The position numbers and the translations under genes are program-made. DNA of 64,000 bases from Enoplolaimus lenunculus (lineage: Eukaryota), in assembly GCA_030248215.1 (NCBI GenBank), contig JASANG010003752.1, forward strand, positions 248,001 through 312,000, read 5' to 3'. This document shows, in pieces, positions 24,470-38,800 of this stretch. Each line of letters opens with the position of its first letter. Within the stretch, counting starts at the first letter, position 1. Under the pieces are notes generated by a model that did not search any database, had not been told where the DNA came from, and saw only the letters and a program-made list of their open reading frames with translations.

Positions 24470-27400
24470 ATGAGCGAACAACCTAGCACAACTTGTCATA
24501 GTGCTTTATCACGTCCTGTTAGCGCTAGGTATGTGTAAAAGAAGCATATACAGGCGGTTTTATTTTTGGTAGACTTCAAGTTCTAAGCTATATAGACTTA
24601 TGTTATGAATTCTTAACCTTCATACGATGTATTAATATTGATTGCAGGCGAGTATCGACGACTTCTGTGTTACCTCCAAGAAAACGAAGGAAGTTTGATC
24701 AGTGCCGCGCAACAGCAGGTGCTGAAAATTGTGTAACAGGTGAACAGGGGCAGGTAAAGCAACAGTTGGAAACAAAGAAGCCAAACAGCGAGTCTCGAAA
24801 ACGAAGTACTCGTCAAATACAGCAGCTGGTGCCTGAGTATAAATCTGTTTCCAATCGTACTAAAGTTGTTACATCTGGTGTCAACGAGACTCATTCAAAT
24901 CTTGAAGATACATCTTTGTCTCAAAAGGAATCAACGATAGATCACCCAAGCTCAAGAACTCGTTCGCAAACACGTAAACGTAAATCAACATTTCAAGGCG
25001 AAGAACAACAAGACCAAATAAGTACAACATCAACAACAACCAGAAAAGTATACCGAACATCGTCTGAAAGTTCATTTTTAACATTCAGCGATTTGTCAGA
25101 TTCAAGTTTTTTGCCTGGCAAACAGTTGCAGGGTAAAAGTAGCCGGAAACGAAAAATTAAAAAGAATTACTATATTCGAGGTAAAGGCGCTTCACCTTCT
25201 ACCTCGCCTAATAGTTGTAGTGCTGGAACAAAATCTGGTGGTGATATTACGGATAGACGTAGAACTAAGAAAGGACAAGACAGTGAACAGCCGAAAGTAC
25301 GCAAAAAGCGAAGCAAATTAACGGAAAGTTTTGGATCAGTCGCAGAATATAGCGTTCAGCAAGGGAGTTCGAGTGTTGGTTATCATTTGCGAACTGAGTT
25401 AGTTACTCCGAACAAACGAAAAGAAACACTGACTGAAAACGCAAGAGATTCTAGATCGTTGGAGGCGAACGACGGCGTTGAAACTAATCGAAGTCGAACC
25501 ATATCTGCAACGACATTTGTTAACCGTAATTCTGCGATAGAATTAGAACCAGAGAAACTGGATAACAGCGCAACGTCTGGTTTTTCTGATAAGCAGCGGA
25601 GTGACTTGATTAGCAGTTCTGGATTGACTGCCGCCGATAAAAGCAATTCGGCCAAACATTCAAGACGTTTAGATAATGGTAGTCGTGGAAAGCAGGTACG
25701 TAAGTATGTGTATATTAGAGATTCCACTGGGCCATGGCTGGTTACCACGGTGCAACCGGAATTCTGGTTACGGTATTAAATTTTGTTCGGTTGAAATTAA
25801 GATATTTTACTAAAAATGACGATAAAAATTAAACAGATCATTCGTCAGGGCTCAACTGTAATTCAATTCCTGTTCCTGTTCTGGCAAAATTTAGTTCCTG
25901 TTGAAAAACCCTAGCCTTCGTTCAGAATACAAACCTTGACAATCGCCGAAAATAAACCATCGAAGGTAGATTGCGCTTCCAAGGATGGTTCCGTTTCATG
26001 TATTTTTTCAAATTCAATAGAATTGTGCAGAATTTAATCTTACTTGTTGTGATACATGACATAAAAATTCTGTATTATTTAACTATTAAATTGCTTTCGA
26101 TCAGCTAATTTATCAATAATTGATCGTAGATTAGCTTTTACAGAACCAAAATCATTGCCAATTTGATCGTATGACCTTTTAGAAAATTGTTGCCAGCCAA
26201 CAGACACCCTAAATCAATATTATATTTGTCAATACAAATTATCCGTACAGTTACAAAATTTCTAGTTCCGAACCCGTCCGTGGTCTAAGCTGTACTCAAT
26301 ACGTGTAGTTCCATTTCGACTGGCACATAAAGTGTGGCTAGCTTTAAATGCGTTACTGAGGTTTTTTAAGCATCGCCAACAAACGTCTGATCGCAAAACA
26401 CCGCCGACCAGTTTGACCCTGACGTCATCCGCTGCTACCCCAGCAGACTTCAATGAGGCACCAACCGGTCCAGAGATATCACGGCGTTCTAAAACCATCC
26501 GAACCGCTGCTGTTGTAGAAGATGGCGGTCTTCCAAAAGCAGCCGCCTCCACCACCAGTTCCGCTGTGGGTTGTATTACAAAATCACTAGAATCGATTCC
26601 TGTTGGCAGTACGACAAGTAGCGTTGTAAGTACAAATATAAATACAAAACAACAACATAGACGTGGTTTAATAGACGGCACAGCGTCTGCAACGGCAACA
26701 CCAACTTCACCTTCTGATAACAGTTGTAGTAATAGTGTTGGAATGGCAACTGCAGCCGCGAACGGGGCAGCGTCAAGTTCATCGTCATCGTTGTTGTCGC
26801 GTTTGGGTGATCTCGCAGATCATTTTCCGGACGTTAAAATGCCACGATTTCGTCGATTGACTCGAGCCCTCACGCGGTACGTCCTGAAACTTAAGATCAG
26901 AACTAGGGTCGGGGGTTTCAGTTTCAGGGGTTTTAACTTTCACATTTTGGAATTTTTGTAACAATATTTTTAGATACTTATGACTTTGCAGGGTTCAACC
27001 GAAAACCAAAAAATGCAGGGTCCTGATAGTTCTGTACCTGGCTCCGGCAGTTGCAGGAGCGTGAACCGGATATTTAGTATATATACTACTTAAATGATGA
27101 CAGATTTTAATATTGAGTTCTGAAATTTACTAATTGAACCAACGAGCCTATAATGTTACGTTCTCATCAACAGGCTAAATGCTTAAATTTTTAACTGTTG
27201 TTAACCTGCTCGGTAAGTAAACATGCAAAATACAATTAAAGGTAAACTATACAATTCAATTTTTTGAACATTTTCACAATAAATATCCGGTACGTTATAA
27301 TACTGGAACCGTATGTTTATTTTTGCTGGAGTCGGAGACGGATATCCGATTGAACTGTGTAGTTTGTATCACTAGAAACCCTCCCTTCGAAGTTTTCAGT

Positions 27401-30400
27401 GAATGTATGTAACTCTCAGTGTTCCGACAGGAGCTGATTTTTGCCGAACAGGAACACGAATTGAATTTCTTTGCCGGAACGAGAACAGGAACCGGAATTT
27501 GAAACAATTTTCATTCCGAGTTAGTATTCGACGTTTTATAAAACCAGCCAAAAACGGCTTAAGCGAATTTTCAGTTATTTCATCATTAAGTTTTGCAGAA
27601 CCGCAATAGAAACAGTTTATTAACAAAACTGAAGTAAATGGAACGCACGAAATCTGAACTATGTTTTAGTAGTCTTGTTGAGCGGGTTGGGTGGTCTCGG
27701 CAAGTCTAGAAAAGCGATAAGCAATACTTGCGCATTTCGCCTACTAACACAGACAGCGAACGATCGTGAAGCACCGCTACCTGGTTATACAGCGATTTGA
27801 GAAACACAATGAACCATCTGGTTACCAAAAATTCTATTTTTTGAAAGGAAACACAAAACACTATGATTTTCTTGTGACAAACCACAAGCGATCTAATTTT
27901 AGCAATAAAGGGTTTTTCGGGGCGAGCAATGTGATTAAATTGTCTACAACCCTTCAAAATCGATAATTGAATAGTTAGTTGATAGCTAATTTGCATGTTT
28001 GCTTGATTGATAAGTCTCAATTAGGAAAGGTTACTGAAAGTTTTTGGGTGCGAGGAATCTGAATAAATTGTTTACAAACCCCCAAAACCGATTAATGAAT
28101 AGTTAGCTAATAACCTATGTGCATATTAGCTTAATTGCTTAAGTGTGTTCGAGCTTCGCTCAGTACATGTAGTCCTACTACGACTGGTTTTTGTGTGCCT
28201 GATTTCAGCAATGCAAACAACGAAGGATCTCAATCAGGAGGCAATTCAAAGTCTAAAGCGACGAGCAACAGCAGTTTTACCGCAGTCGACAGGCACCCGG
28301 TGTCTCGAAGTCGCGACTTAGACTCAACGCTATCATCATCATCTGTATTTGACCAATCAACTGGTGGCGTTGCAGTAGACTCGTTTGGGGACTGTTGCAG
28401 CTCGGCTTCCGTTTCTAAAAAATCAAGCGTATCTGGGTTGTGGTCTTCCCGATCCCAGGTTAGTAGTACATCCACTAAGCACAGCAGCGGACTGTCGACA
28501 TCACTAATTGTAACCGGTAACTGTGGAAATAATTCAAACTTGGCAGGCAGTGGCTATCGTAGCATGTTTTCGACCAATAGCTCATCCATGCTACCGAACA
28601 ATGGGGGTTGTGGGAAAAAGTCCGAGAGTAAAGGCAAACGGTTTGGAACGTCGTTTCGTCGCGGAACAGCTGGAAAATCATCTACTGGGCGTGGATCAAA
28701 GGTAACAAGCTTCTTTTAGTTTGAGTTCACTTGGGATTAGATTTGAGGGTTGAAGTACCACGGCGCATTTGTTGTGGTTATCTTGAGCTTCAAGTATCTG
28801 AACAGTGCAACTGGAATTATAAAATACGGGAATCGGAACTGGAAGGATAATTACTTGTTACCGAAAGATTCATTTTAACGCTATTCTCTCGCTTTTAATG
28901 GTGTAAACACCATTTAGAATGTCAAAATCGTGAAACTAATGCAGTACGTGGAAATGTATGATAAGTTATGGAATATGGCACAGATTAAAAATTTTGGAGA
29001 TACACGCTCAGACAATTTTAGAAAGATAGGTTAGAATAATATGCCATTTTTCTTAAATTTTCGAATGAGAACAATTTTCAATGTCGGAATATTTCGGTGA
29101 AAAAATACCGGATTTATTGTCGGAACCGGATAGTGAAAAATACGGATTTTCATACCGGAACCGGAATTCCGGTTGTATATACCCTGAGAACAACATATTT
29201 TGTATTGAACGACAGTCAGTAGTAATTCGATTGTGCAATAGGTTCGCAATTACTGTTCCTATTCCGTTGAAAAAGTGATTTCCCGTTACTGTTCTTGCTT
29301 CTAGTGAAATATAGTTCTTTTCGGAACCCTGTTAATGACATATCATCTGCTTGTATGTAGCGTTTTTGCCTGGTAGATGTAGATTCGTTGAAAAAAAATG
29401 CTCCACTAATCTTGTATTTTTTCGTGTGCTCGTGACATTTCAATTTACTATTCCAAAGTGGTTTTCAGAGTATATTTTACTGTTCCAATAATTATTCGAC
29501 TCGTTTCGTTTTGCACCATAATATTATCCAGAGTTGGGAAATACAAACTATTTTTAGCAGCAGCAGTGTTTTATCGAGCAAAGTTGACAAAATTATATGT
29601 TTTGAACGCTGTCATAATGTAAAATTTCGATTATAGAACGCGAACAACTTTCATGGTCTGTCAAGTACCGAAGCAAGTAGTCGGTCACACGGTAGTTTGT
29701 TTGGAACTTCAAAAAGCTGCAGTACCGGAGGTGGAACGTTAGTCACCCAGGGTGGACGGACAGGAGCGAATGTATCATTCTCGGCATTGGTTGATTCATT
29801 GAACGAAGTCGAATCGTTGTTTTCCTCATCAGATTCGCCAACGTCGTTCATGTCTCGCGAAATGCATAATACCCGTGGTGGAGGTGGTGGTAGCACCGTG
29901 GCAACCGGGTCGAATGCCGGAAGTGGTCACGGTGTATCAGGCAGGTACGTATAGTTTGGAGCGAAAGTGGACGGGGTTGGGCGTAATGCCTGCTTTACGT
30001 AGGTATCCTTATGAAATCACATGTTCCGCCCATGTCATGTGTAATCCAGGGGCGCAGTAGCTGAACAAAAACGAGGTACTCATTCAGACGTTGGTTGTCA
30101 ATATATAACGTGCTGGAAGAAATCTTTTAACGATTGAAGCGAGTGAGAAGCTAAATAATACTTAATAACATTTGGGACTCAAATTGGCAGGGATGTGAGT
30201 CTTCGTCCCAGGTGTCTCGGTATTTGGCAGGTCTCGGTCTCAGGTGTTTCGGTATTCGGCAGGCCTCGGTCTTTGTCTCGGTAGTATATTATGCTGTTTT
30301 TGTTATTTATTATATTTTATTAGCGCTTACTGTTGTGATTTTATTGTAGCAAAGCGGACACTGTCAGTGGCGGCGCTTCTGCAAGTGAGTTTCTGGCAAG

Positions 30401-33400
30401 TGATCAATTTGAAGTCAGCCGTTTACAAGGTGCGTAACTTGTTTTTAAATTTTTAATAGTATCTAACGCCGTCATACTTTATAGAGGCCTGTCCACCTGG
30501 AAATGGTGAGATTGGATAAGTTAGAGACTGAAAGATTTAGGATTTGGCTAATTATTAGGCTTAAATCAATTGGGCAGGCCTTTATTATTGACATGTGCAC
30601 TATTGTTTATTCCTGAAGTAATAATTTGGTGGATGGTATAATTTACATAACTTTATTTTTTCGAATTTGGAGAGCACGAAAAAGACTAGATATTCAGCGG
30701 AACTGTCAGAAACTTTTGAGTTGAGTTTCACAAACTGAAACGATTTTCAGTCGTTGTAAGGCGGCATGCTAATGGTATATGTTATTTTTCAGTATATATT
30801 TTAGGGAACAATAGAAAATCAGTTTTTTTAAGTTAAACCATTTTAGGTTCATACGTTTTGATGAATGTATGACGTGTTTGTAACTATTGTTATTGTTCTG
30901 CTTTCAGCGTTATTAGAATCGCGAGGTATCTCCAATAATTGGTTTTCGTCGTTAGGGCCTAGAATGCAGGGGCTGCTGCACCGCACTAACAACAATCCGT
31001 TGAGTAAGTTGTCCTTTGTATAATTACGTATGGTCATAACTGGTAAATCAGGATGAACAGAGAACAAAGCTAAATAAAACGCTTTTCTACGTCTCCATTA
31101 CAGCGACAACGATCATTTTCTTACTGGTGCCCGTTTAATTATTTGAAATTTTGCTTTTGTATGCATGTTGTCAATTTATTTATGACGAGCGAGAAATTTT
31201 TTATTACAATACAGTAGAGTTATTCTAAAGACTAAAGTGAGTGTTTTTTCATGTCATCTGCTGGCTGCTTTTTTATGTTGTTGTCGTTTGCTACAGATTC
31301 AAAAGTACAATCGTTAATTGCCGGCATGCAAGCAATTGATGATGAATCTACCCAACTGCAATCTGTGTTGGAAATATCGCATATTCTATTGATGGGCAAC
31401 GAAGAGACGCTGATGTCAAGCTTTCCGGTGAAACAATGCGTTCAGGCGTTAATGCAATTGCTGCAAATGGAGCACAACTTTGATATTGTACGTTCTGGCC
31501 AATTGAATCGCGTTAATGATAAGATAACTTAGAATTTAACCATGCATTCGCTGAGTCCTGGGTGACAGTTCCTACTTAGGTTTCGGAAAAATTTCGTACT
31601 GGCTGCTGACATAATTGCTATGCTGTTCTCTTACTTTTTACGGACACATAAACAGGGTGCAAAGCTAACTGAATTATACAGAAATCGGAACCGCACAGCA
31701 AATTTATACTGGAATTGTAATCTTAATCGCAATTGGAACTAGAAATTTTGTTACTACGGATAATTTGTTTTGACAAATATAATATTGATTTAGGGTGTCT
31801 GTTGGATGGCAAGAAACACATTTTCTATAATGCTAAACTACAATCAATTTTTGTTAAGTTATCTCATCGAAAGCAATTTAATAGATAAATACTACAGAAT
31901 TTTTATGCAACGTATCGCAACAAGTACGAATAAAATTGAAATTTCAAAATTCCGATTCCGATTGATTGCGCAATCGGAATCGAAATCGGCATCGGGACTC
32001 GATTTTAATCGGAATTCTAATCAGTATTGGAATTCCGGTGGTGTTTTTAGATGACAAGTGCATGCCGAGCATTGACATATTTAATGGATTCATTACCGCG
32101 TTCAAGCAGTGCCGTATGTGATGCGATTCCACTGTTTCTGGAAAAGGTGAGTCTGGTCTTACACTTATGTTGTGAGAGAATATGTCTGGCTAAATTGTGC
32201 AACGGGACATTGTTTTTCTGGTACCGTCCATGGTACCTTATGGCCCCGGCACTCTCTAGCCGCGGCCCCGTGGCCCGGTCCCGGGTCATCTCTTGTAGCT
32301 ATTCGCTAAACATTTTTAGATATATATTTTGGTCAAAACTTAGAAAGATTAGTTAATTAAGGAAGGCCATTGATAATAACGCAGGTTTAGACACACATCT
32401 CAATGAAGTTTGCTTAAAAATCATTTTCGCAGAAGTATTAAGTGACAATTTGTTAATAATTTTATAGCGGCTTAGCCGCTAGTATGCTGGGTGACTTCTA
32501 GAGTGATTGATTTAGGACTAGTGTGCAGCCATTATAGCTAGCATGATCCAGGGCCGAATATTATGAAGATTATCATCTGCCGTTTCTGTTTTGTTTACTT
32601 TAAGTAAAATGATAAATAATAATTTCAGCTCCAACGCATTGAATGTATGGATGTCGCAGAACAATCACTGAAAGCAATCGAAATACTGTCGAAACGTCAC
32701 AGCAAAAGCATCCTATGTGCTGTAAGTCACCGTGATAGAGTTGCAGTGGTTGCGTTGTGGTCAGAAGCAAAGAAATATCACTTTTGTGAAAGTGCGACAA
32801 AAGAAAGAAAATATATTTTACTTACAAAGTGTAAAGCGGAACTGAGTTGTACTGCAATCGGAGCACGAAATTCTACGGATAAATGTAATAAAGTTCAGAG
32901 CCAATACATTTTACATACCGAGCCTTATATGTCATTAGTGAAATATGAGCTGAGCACTGTTTCAGTTGTAATGAAAATTAACTGAACTGCAAATAAATTT
33001 AGCGCATAATTACAATAATACAGATTAGAAAGATTAAAGTTTCTGATTATACCTGCAATCGGAGTTGCAATTGGATTTGTGAATCGAATTCATTTTCGGT
33101 TACGGCCTGTTTTCTTAATATCAAGAAGTTATGTTTCGCCAGACCCGCAACTACGGGAGACGAGAGGAACACCGTCTCATGAACAACCTCGCCTTTATTG
33201 CAGAAATTTTTTAAAATTGTTGTACGGTTGTTTCGTCTGGTGGCATAAAATCTCCTCACGGTTGATCAAAATGCTATGAATAAAATTCAAAGACTTTCTT
33301 TGTTGTATGCATCAGGAGTCCTAAGATGAACAGCTCAAATGGCATTAAAAATTGCGTTTAATGCCTCACCTATGGATCAGGGTACAAAGGTGGACTGGAT

Positions 33401-35750
33401 TATGCCGGAATCGGAACAGCAAATTTATACCGTAATCGGAATGGCGATCGGAACTACAAAATTTGTTAGTATGCGGACAAATTGTATTAACAAGTATAAT
33501 ATTGATTTAGGGTGTCTGTTGCTGGCAACCATTCTCAGAAACGTCGCATGAACAAAATGATAATCTTTTTTGGCTCTGTAAATCTAAACGACAATGAATT
33601 ATTGATAGGTTACCTTATCGAAAACAAATTAATAGATAAATGATGCTGAATTTTTATACAACATATCACAACAAATAGGTCTAAAATTGAAATGTGGAAA
33701 TTCTTCTTCAATCGGAATCGGAACTCGTTTTGAATCGGAATTCTGATTGCACCCTGCTATGGATATAGCATAGCGGTCTTTAAAGAAGCTGCTGGATGGT
33801 ATTCAACGCTTCGTTCTTGTAAATCTTGGAAAATCACCTTATATATCATGGAACAATTTCTAGCAAGTGCTAAAGAGAATGCCTCTTGTAAATCTACCAA
33901 CTGGCTAAGGGTTGTCTAAGACACCTACAACACCTCTCAGCTACAAATAAAATCTTTCTTGCATATATTAAAGGTCATTCAGCTAATTATGGAAATGATA
34001 TGGGCTGATGCATTAGCTAGGATTGGAGCTCATATGGGGTTACTGTACCAGAACCTGTTATAGGTGTACAACAAAGACAACTTAAAAATATGATCTAACA
34101 TTTTTGTATTTCACACACTAACCAAAGATGGCGCGGGCTGAACGCCTGCCGAACTGCGAAGACATTTTTAAGTAATTGGAACCAAAATATACTAGCTTTA
34201 TTGTGCGACTTAATAGAACTATGGTTAGAGTACTAACGCAAAAAGTTACTGACGTCTCTCTAATTCGAGTATATATTTGCGTTTGTTGCGGAATGCAAGA
34301 AGAACCTGTAGAGCACTTTTTAACTAGATGTTTGGCTTGTAGTGCAGTTCGCTATAAAGTCTATAGATCACACAGGCTGAATAAAACTGACACTAAAATA
34401 AAGGAACTGAATAGGTTCATAACGGAGTCATCAAGATTCTAGTTTTAGTCATTCTAGTTTTCAGAGACAGTGTGATGGACCAAATGCGTCTAAACGCTTC
34501 GAGGTCTCTTCAATAGATATCTATCTATGTAGGAAATGTTTATACTTTACTAGGTCTACGAAATGGCTATTGTTTTTGAAAAAACACTGTTTTGTTTGCT
34601 ATATAATATACCCTGATAAATCTAGTAGAATGATTTATCTATTGTTTCAGGGTGGAATATCTGCTTGTTTGACTTATGTTGACTTTTTTTCGATATCTGC
34701 TCAACGAAGTGCGCTTATCAGCGTCTCAAATTGTTGTTATCACATGAATTCGGATGAATTTAAATTTGTTGAAGACAGTTTGCCTTTGCTTGTACAACGG
34801 TTATCATCCAGTGCTGTGGTACGTATATAGTGATTTCAGAGTGGAACCGGGATTACAAAATGCCGGAAACGGAACTGGAAAGTAAAAATAATATGGGATT
34901 TTCTGTTCGAACCGGATTGCGAAAAATACCACAGTTTTATACCGGAACCGAAAATCCGGTTGCGGCCTGATGTTATTTTACTATTATATCTGTAGATATT
35001 TTTCTAATACATTCGTAAATTCACATTTGCTGTTTTTGTTTATTTTTAGAAATTTTAACAAAATTGTTTTTGCCTTCACCATTTGGTTGGGCTGGCGAAT
35101 TTTTTGTTCATGTAATAAGGCAAGTATCGATCCATAGGCATCAAAGTTTTAGCAAAGAAAATTTGCAATAAAAACAAATAATTTGTGTTTTATTAATGAT
35201 TTTATGGTTATTATTGTTCTAGGATAAAAAGAGTCTTGAATCAGTTTGTCTGTGCTTTACGAGACTAGTCGACAATTATGTGTCTGATCCAGTGAAATTG
35301 GAAGCGATTGCTAACAATAAAATGCTTGAAAACATTCAAAAATTGGTAAATTTTATTTGTATATGCGTGATACTAACAGAAAACGTAAACATTTATATTT
35401 TCCTACAGTTTGCCCCAATACGCGTATTACGCATATCGTAGCTTATGTTGATAGTAGTTGTTTTTACGTGTTCTAATCTGGACTCGGTTGGCACTGGCCC
35501 GAGATTGCTGCCTTGAACCGCGGTCCCGAACCATCTTTGATATATTGCTCCCAGGGCTTCTGTGTTCAATGATGATCGCTTCTTAGTAGGGCAATTAAGA
35601 AATAGCTATTTGTATTGATGCATTTTAGCTCACTGTATCTCCGCCTTTGTTCAGTACTACAACATTCGTTTGTGTCATACGAATGCTTCACTTAATGTGT
35701 GCTGGGTGTCCTAAATTGGCAGTTGAATTGTTGAATAACGGTAACTTGTT

Positions 35751-35800
<50 letters not shown>

Positions 35801-38800
35801 GGTATTGTTCTTGTTGTTTTTTGTTATATCCGTTGAAGCGCCTAACTATTACTTAGCAGCGCTACAGTCCCCACACTCATATTTGACAGCTTGTCATTCG
35901 AACGATAAACATTCCGTCCATAAGTACAATTTTAATGCGAAATTATTAGCATAACATTTAACACAATATTCTTGTTAAAATGGAAATGATGTTTTTTGTT
36001 TGTTGGCTGGTTGGTAGGTAATCAGTGTTTTGATAAGATTCCTGCTAGATTGAGTGGTGCAGCGGATGTGGCATTTGTAATTGTTTGTAGCAGCTCGGTC
36101 AAAATAACACTTTAACTTTTAATCAATAAAGTGTTCTAGGCGTCTCAGAGACGTTGCGTTTTCTCTTGCTGGGGACATCAGAACAAAATTCTACTGACAT
36201 TGAAGTAAGATTTTTGTTTGTCTGTACCATTTGTACAGGGTGCGATCGGATATTAATTTACCAGAACTGGATGCGGATATTGAATTTTCAGCGGAACAGG
36301 AACTTCATACCGTCGCTGTATTTTTAACGTACTCAAGATTTTTTCGTCTGTTAAAAAGATCATAATTACTGCTGATAAACGGAAATTATTTAGTGCAACA
36401 ATGCGTTTAACTCGATCGCTTATATAACATTTAGCAAAACTTAAACTTTAACTTCTTGTAACTTCTTGACTTGGTTAAAGACGTTTACTTGTAAAAAACA
36501 GTTTTATGATATTCAGCACCACAACCTTAACGATCCTGTAGGTTTATGAATGAATTGGATACGGGTATCAGTTTTTACCGGATATTAAACCGGATATCCG
36601 GTCGCACCCTGTATTAGTTCATATATTTATTCGGATTGTTTGTACAATGTTAATAGCGAAAATGCTAAATGATTTCGTCTTGTACGTTATTGTAAGTAAT
36701 GTAGTGGGCTAAATGTTTTAGCTTTTGGGTCGCACACCGCAGGAAACTCATGAAATTGTTTGCCTTATCAGGTATGCTATATAAACATAGTTAAAGCGCA
36801 GCGTGCATTGAGCAATGCATGTGGTGTCTGAGAATGCGGTTTTGCAGCGCTTAACGTTTCATAAATTCTAACGTATTGCGGTGTCACAGTTTTCTGCAGG
36901 ATTCTTGATTTCGCGCGAACTGTGTCAGGCTAAAGCTCGGAAACTACTGTCATATATTAATAAATGATCGTGTTATACGCTATGGAATTGAGCACAATTT
37001 TTGCATTAAATTTACGCTGCTTTAGTGTTAAATTTTAGTTCTTTAGCTCTTGGAATTAGCTTATTTTGAAAATATTTTCTTACTTGGATACAGTCAGCGT
37101 AAATGAAGCAGTTTTGTTTGCTGTCTAAGCCTAAATATATTTTTACCCAGACTGTATCCAGTTTGACTTTAACGAATAATGCTGTTGAGTTTGTCTCAAT
37201 TACTTTTTGCTTTTAAGTTTAATATTAAATATTTTTAGTGAACTGTTGCCTCACTTGCCGTCAGTCGGGTTATTTTCTGTGGACGCGTTACTGAAACGTT
37301 CTCACGCCCACATTGGCTCTGACGTTTCATGGCAGTGGAAAGACGACAGTGGTATTTGGAGGCATTACACTGCAATTGATTGCCGAATTTTAGAAGTATG
37401 TCGTCTGATTTGTAGCTGGAGGATAACTTGGTTTTGTTGAAGTATCCAGGCAGGAAAATTATTTTGATAGGGTTGTAGCGAGAAATTAATGAAAACTGGT
37501 ACCGGATTTTCTTTTTCACAATTCTTAGTGGAGGTGTGGCGTAATGTTTTGAATATCCGTGGGTGTTTTTGAAACAGAGTTGGTAAGATCTTTATGTTTA
37601 GACTTCAGCAAATTAACAGCCTTATCCTGTTTGGCTGACTTCTGTTTACGAAACGAGCTATTTTCTAGTCTTTTAAGAGCTATGAGCAGATCTAGCATTA
37701 GACTGGAAATCTATGAACGTTTGTTTGAACAAAAACCGAATATGGTATGTAGTATTCGTGTTTGTGTTCTTGTGATCATCGAATGTTTTTTGTTGCTGTT
37801 TCAGACTGCTTTTCAGTCGCGCGAAGATGAAGTTAGCATTAACGCGCATGGACGGACTTATACGGTTGATTTTCACAATATGACTCAAATTAACGATGAG
37901 ACTGGAAAGTGTCGTCAAGTTTACCGCAAATCCAATTATAACGCTCATCGAATTTTGCAAAACGGTAAGCGAGATATTAGAATATGTTGTTGCGTTGAAA
38001 ATTGGGTGAAAAGCACACACTTTGGCTGGCCGCTATACCTGGGGTTTCGCTACTGGAGGTTCGAGCCAAACTTACTAAGAGCCCCTGATTCTGCCCCCCA
38101 CTTCACATAAGATTCTCCCCGGTAGAGCCCCCACTCAAGATTCACACCCCGGTTAATTGCACGTTCCGTAAGTGTTACATTTTTGGGAAAAAGCATCATC
38201 GGTATGGATTATGTGTTAGCTATCCGTGATGTATATATTGGATTTGTGTTTATTATTTATATGCACTAGCAAGTTATGCAATAATGTTTTTGACTGTGAT
38301 TAGTGGTACGCGTAGTTAAACACTGGATAGTAAGTGCAACTGACGCTTTATTCAAAATTCTGTACCCCCCGTTCAGAAATGTCCCCGGGTTGATGCCCCG
38401 CACTCCGTCGCTACCCATGGAAACCAATGTGCTACTAATTTATTGTTTAGTTTTAAACTTGTTAAAATGTGAATAAATTAACTTTTTCACTGATAAAAAT
38501 TTGATGACTCAAAATTTGTTTTTATGTTTTTAGTTTGTTGTGAGTAATATGTTTTTATATTCTTGTACTTATATACTTTTAGCATTCCAAAGCCTAGATC
38601 GCGACGCACGACTTGTTTTGCTGAAGGAAAACCCGGAAATCATTGAAAACTTTGTTCGGTTGCTCTTCGTTGTCCTCCATGAAGTTTACATATCGTCGGT
38701 TGGTTTGTGTTGACTGTTGCACACTTTCCTCCACATTTTAATGTTTAGTTCCAAGCTTAAAGACGTAACAAGAGCCGTTTGTGTTATTTTATTATTTAAT

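Noticed and set aside
35647..35954. Poly-Cys and poly-Leu ORFs (also 40481-40756)
   Set aside because: Translations of intronic (TTG)n microsatellites.
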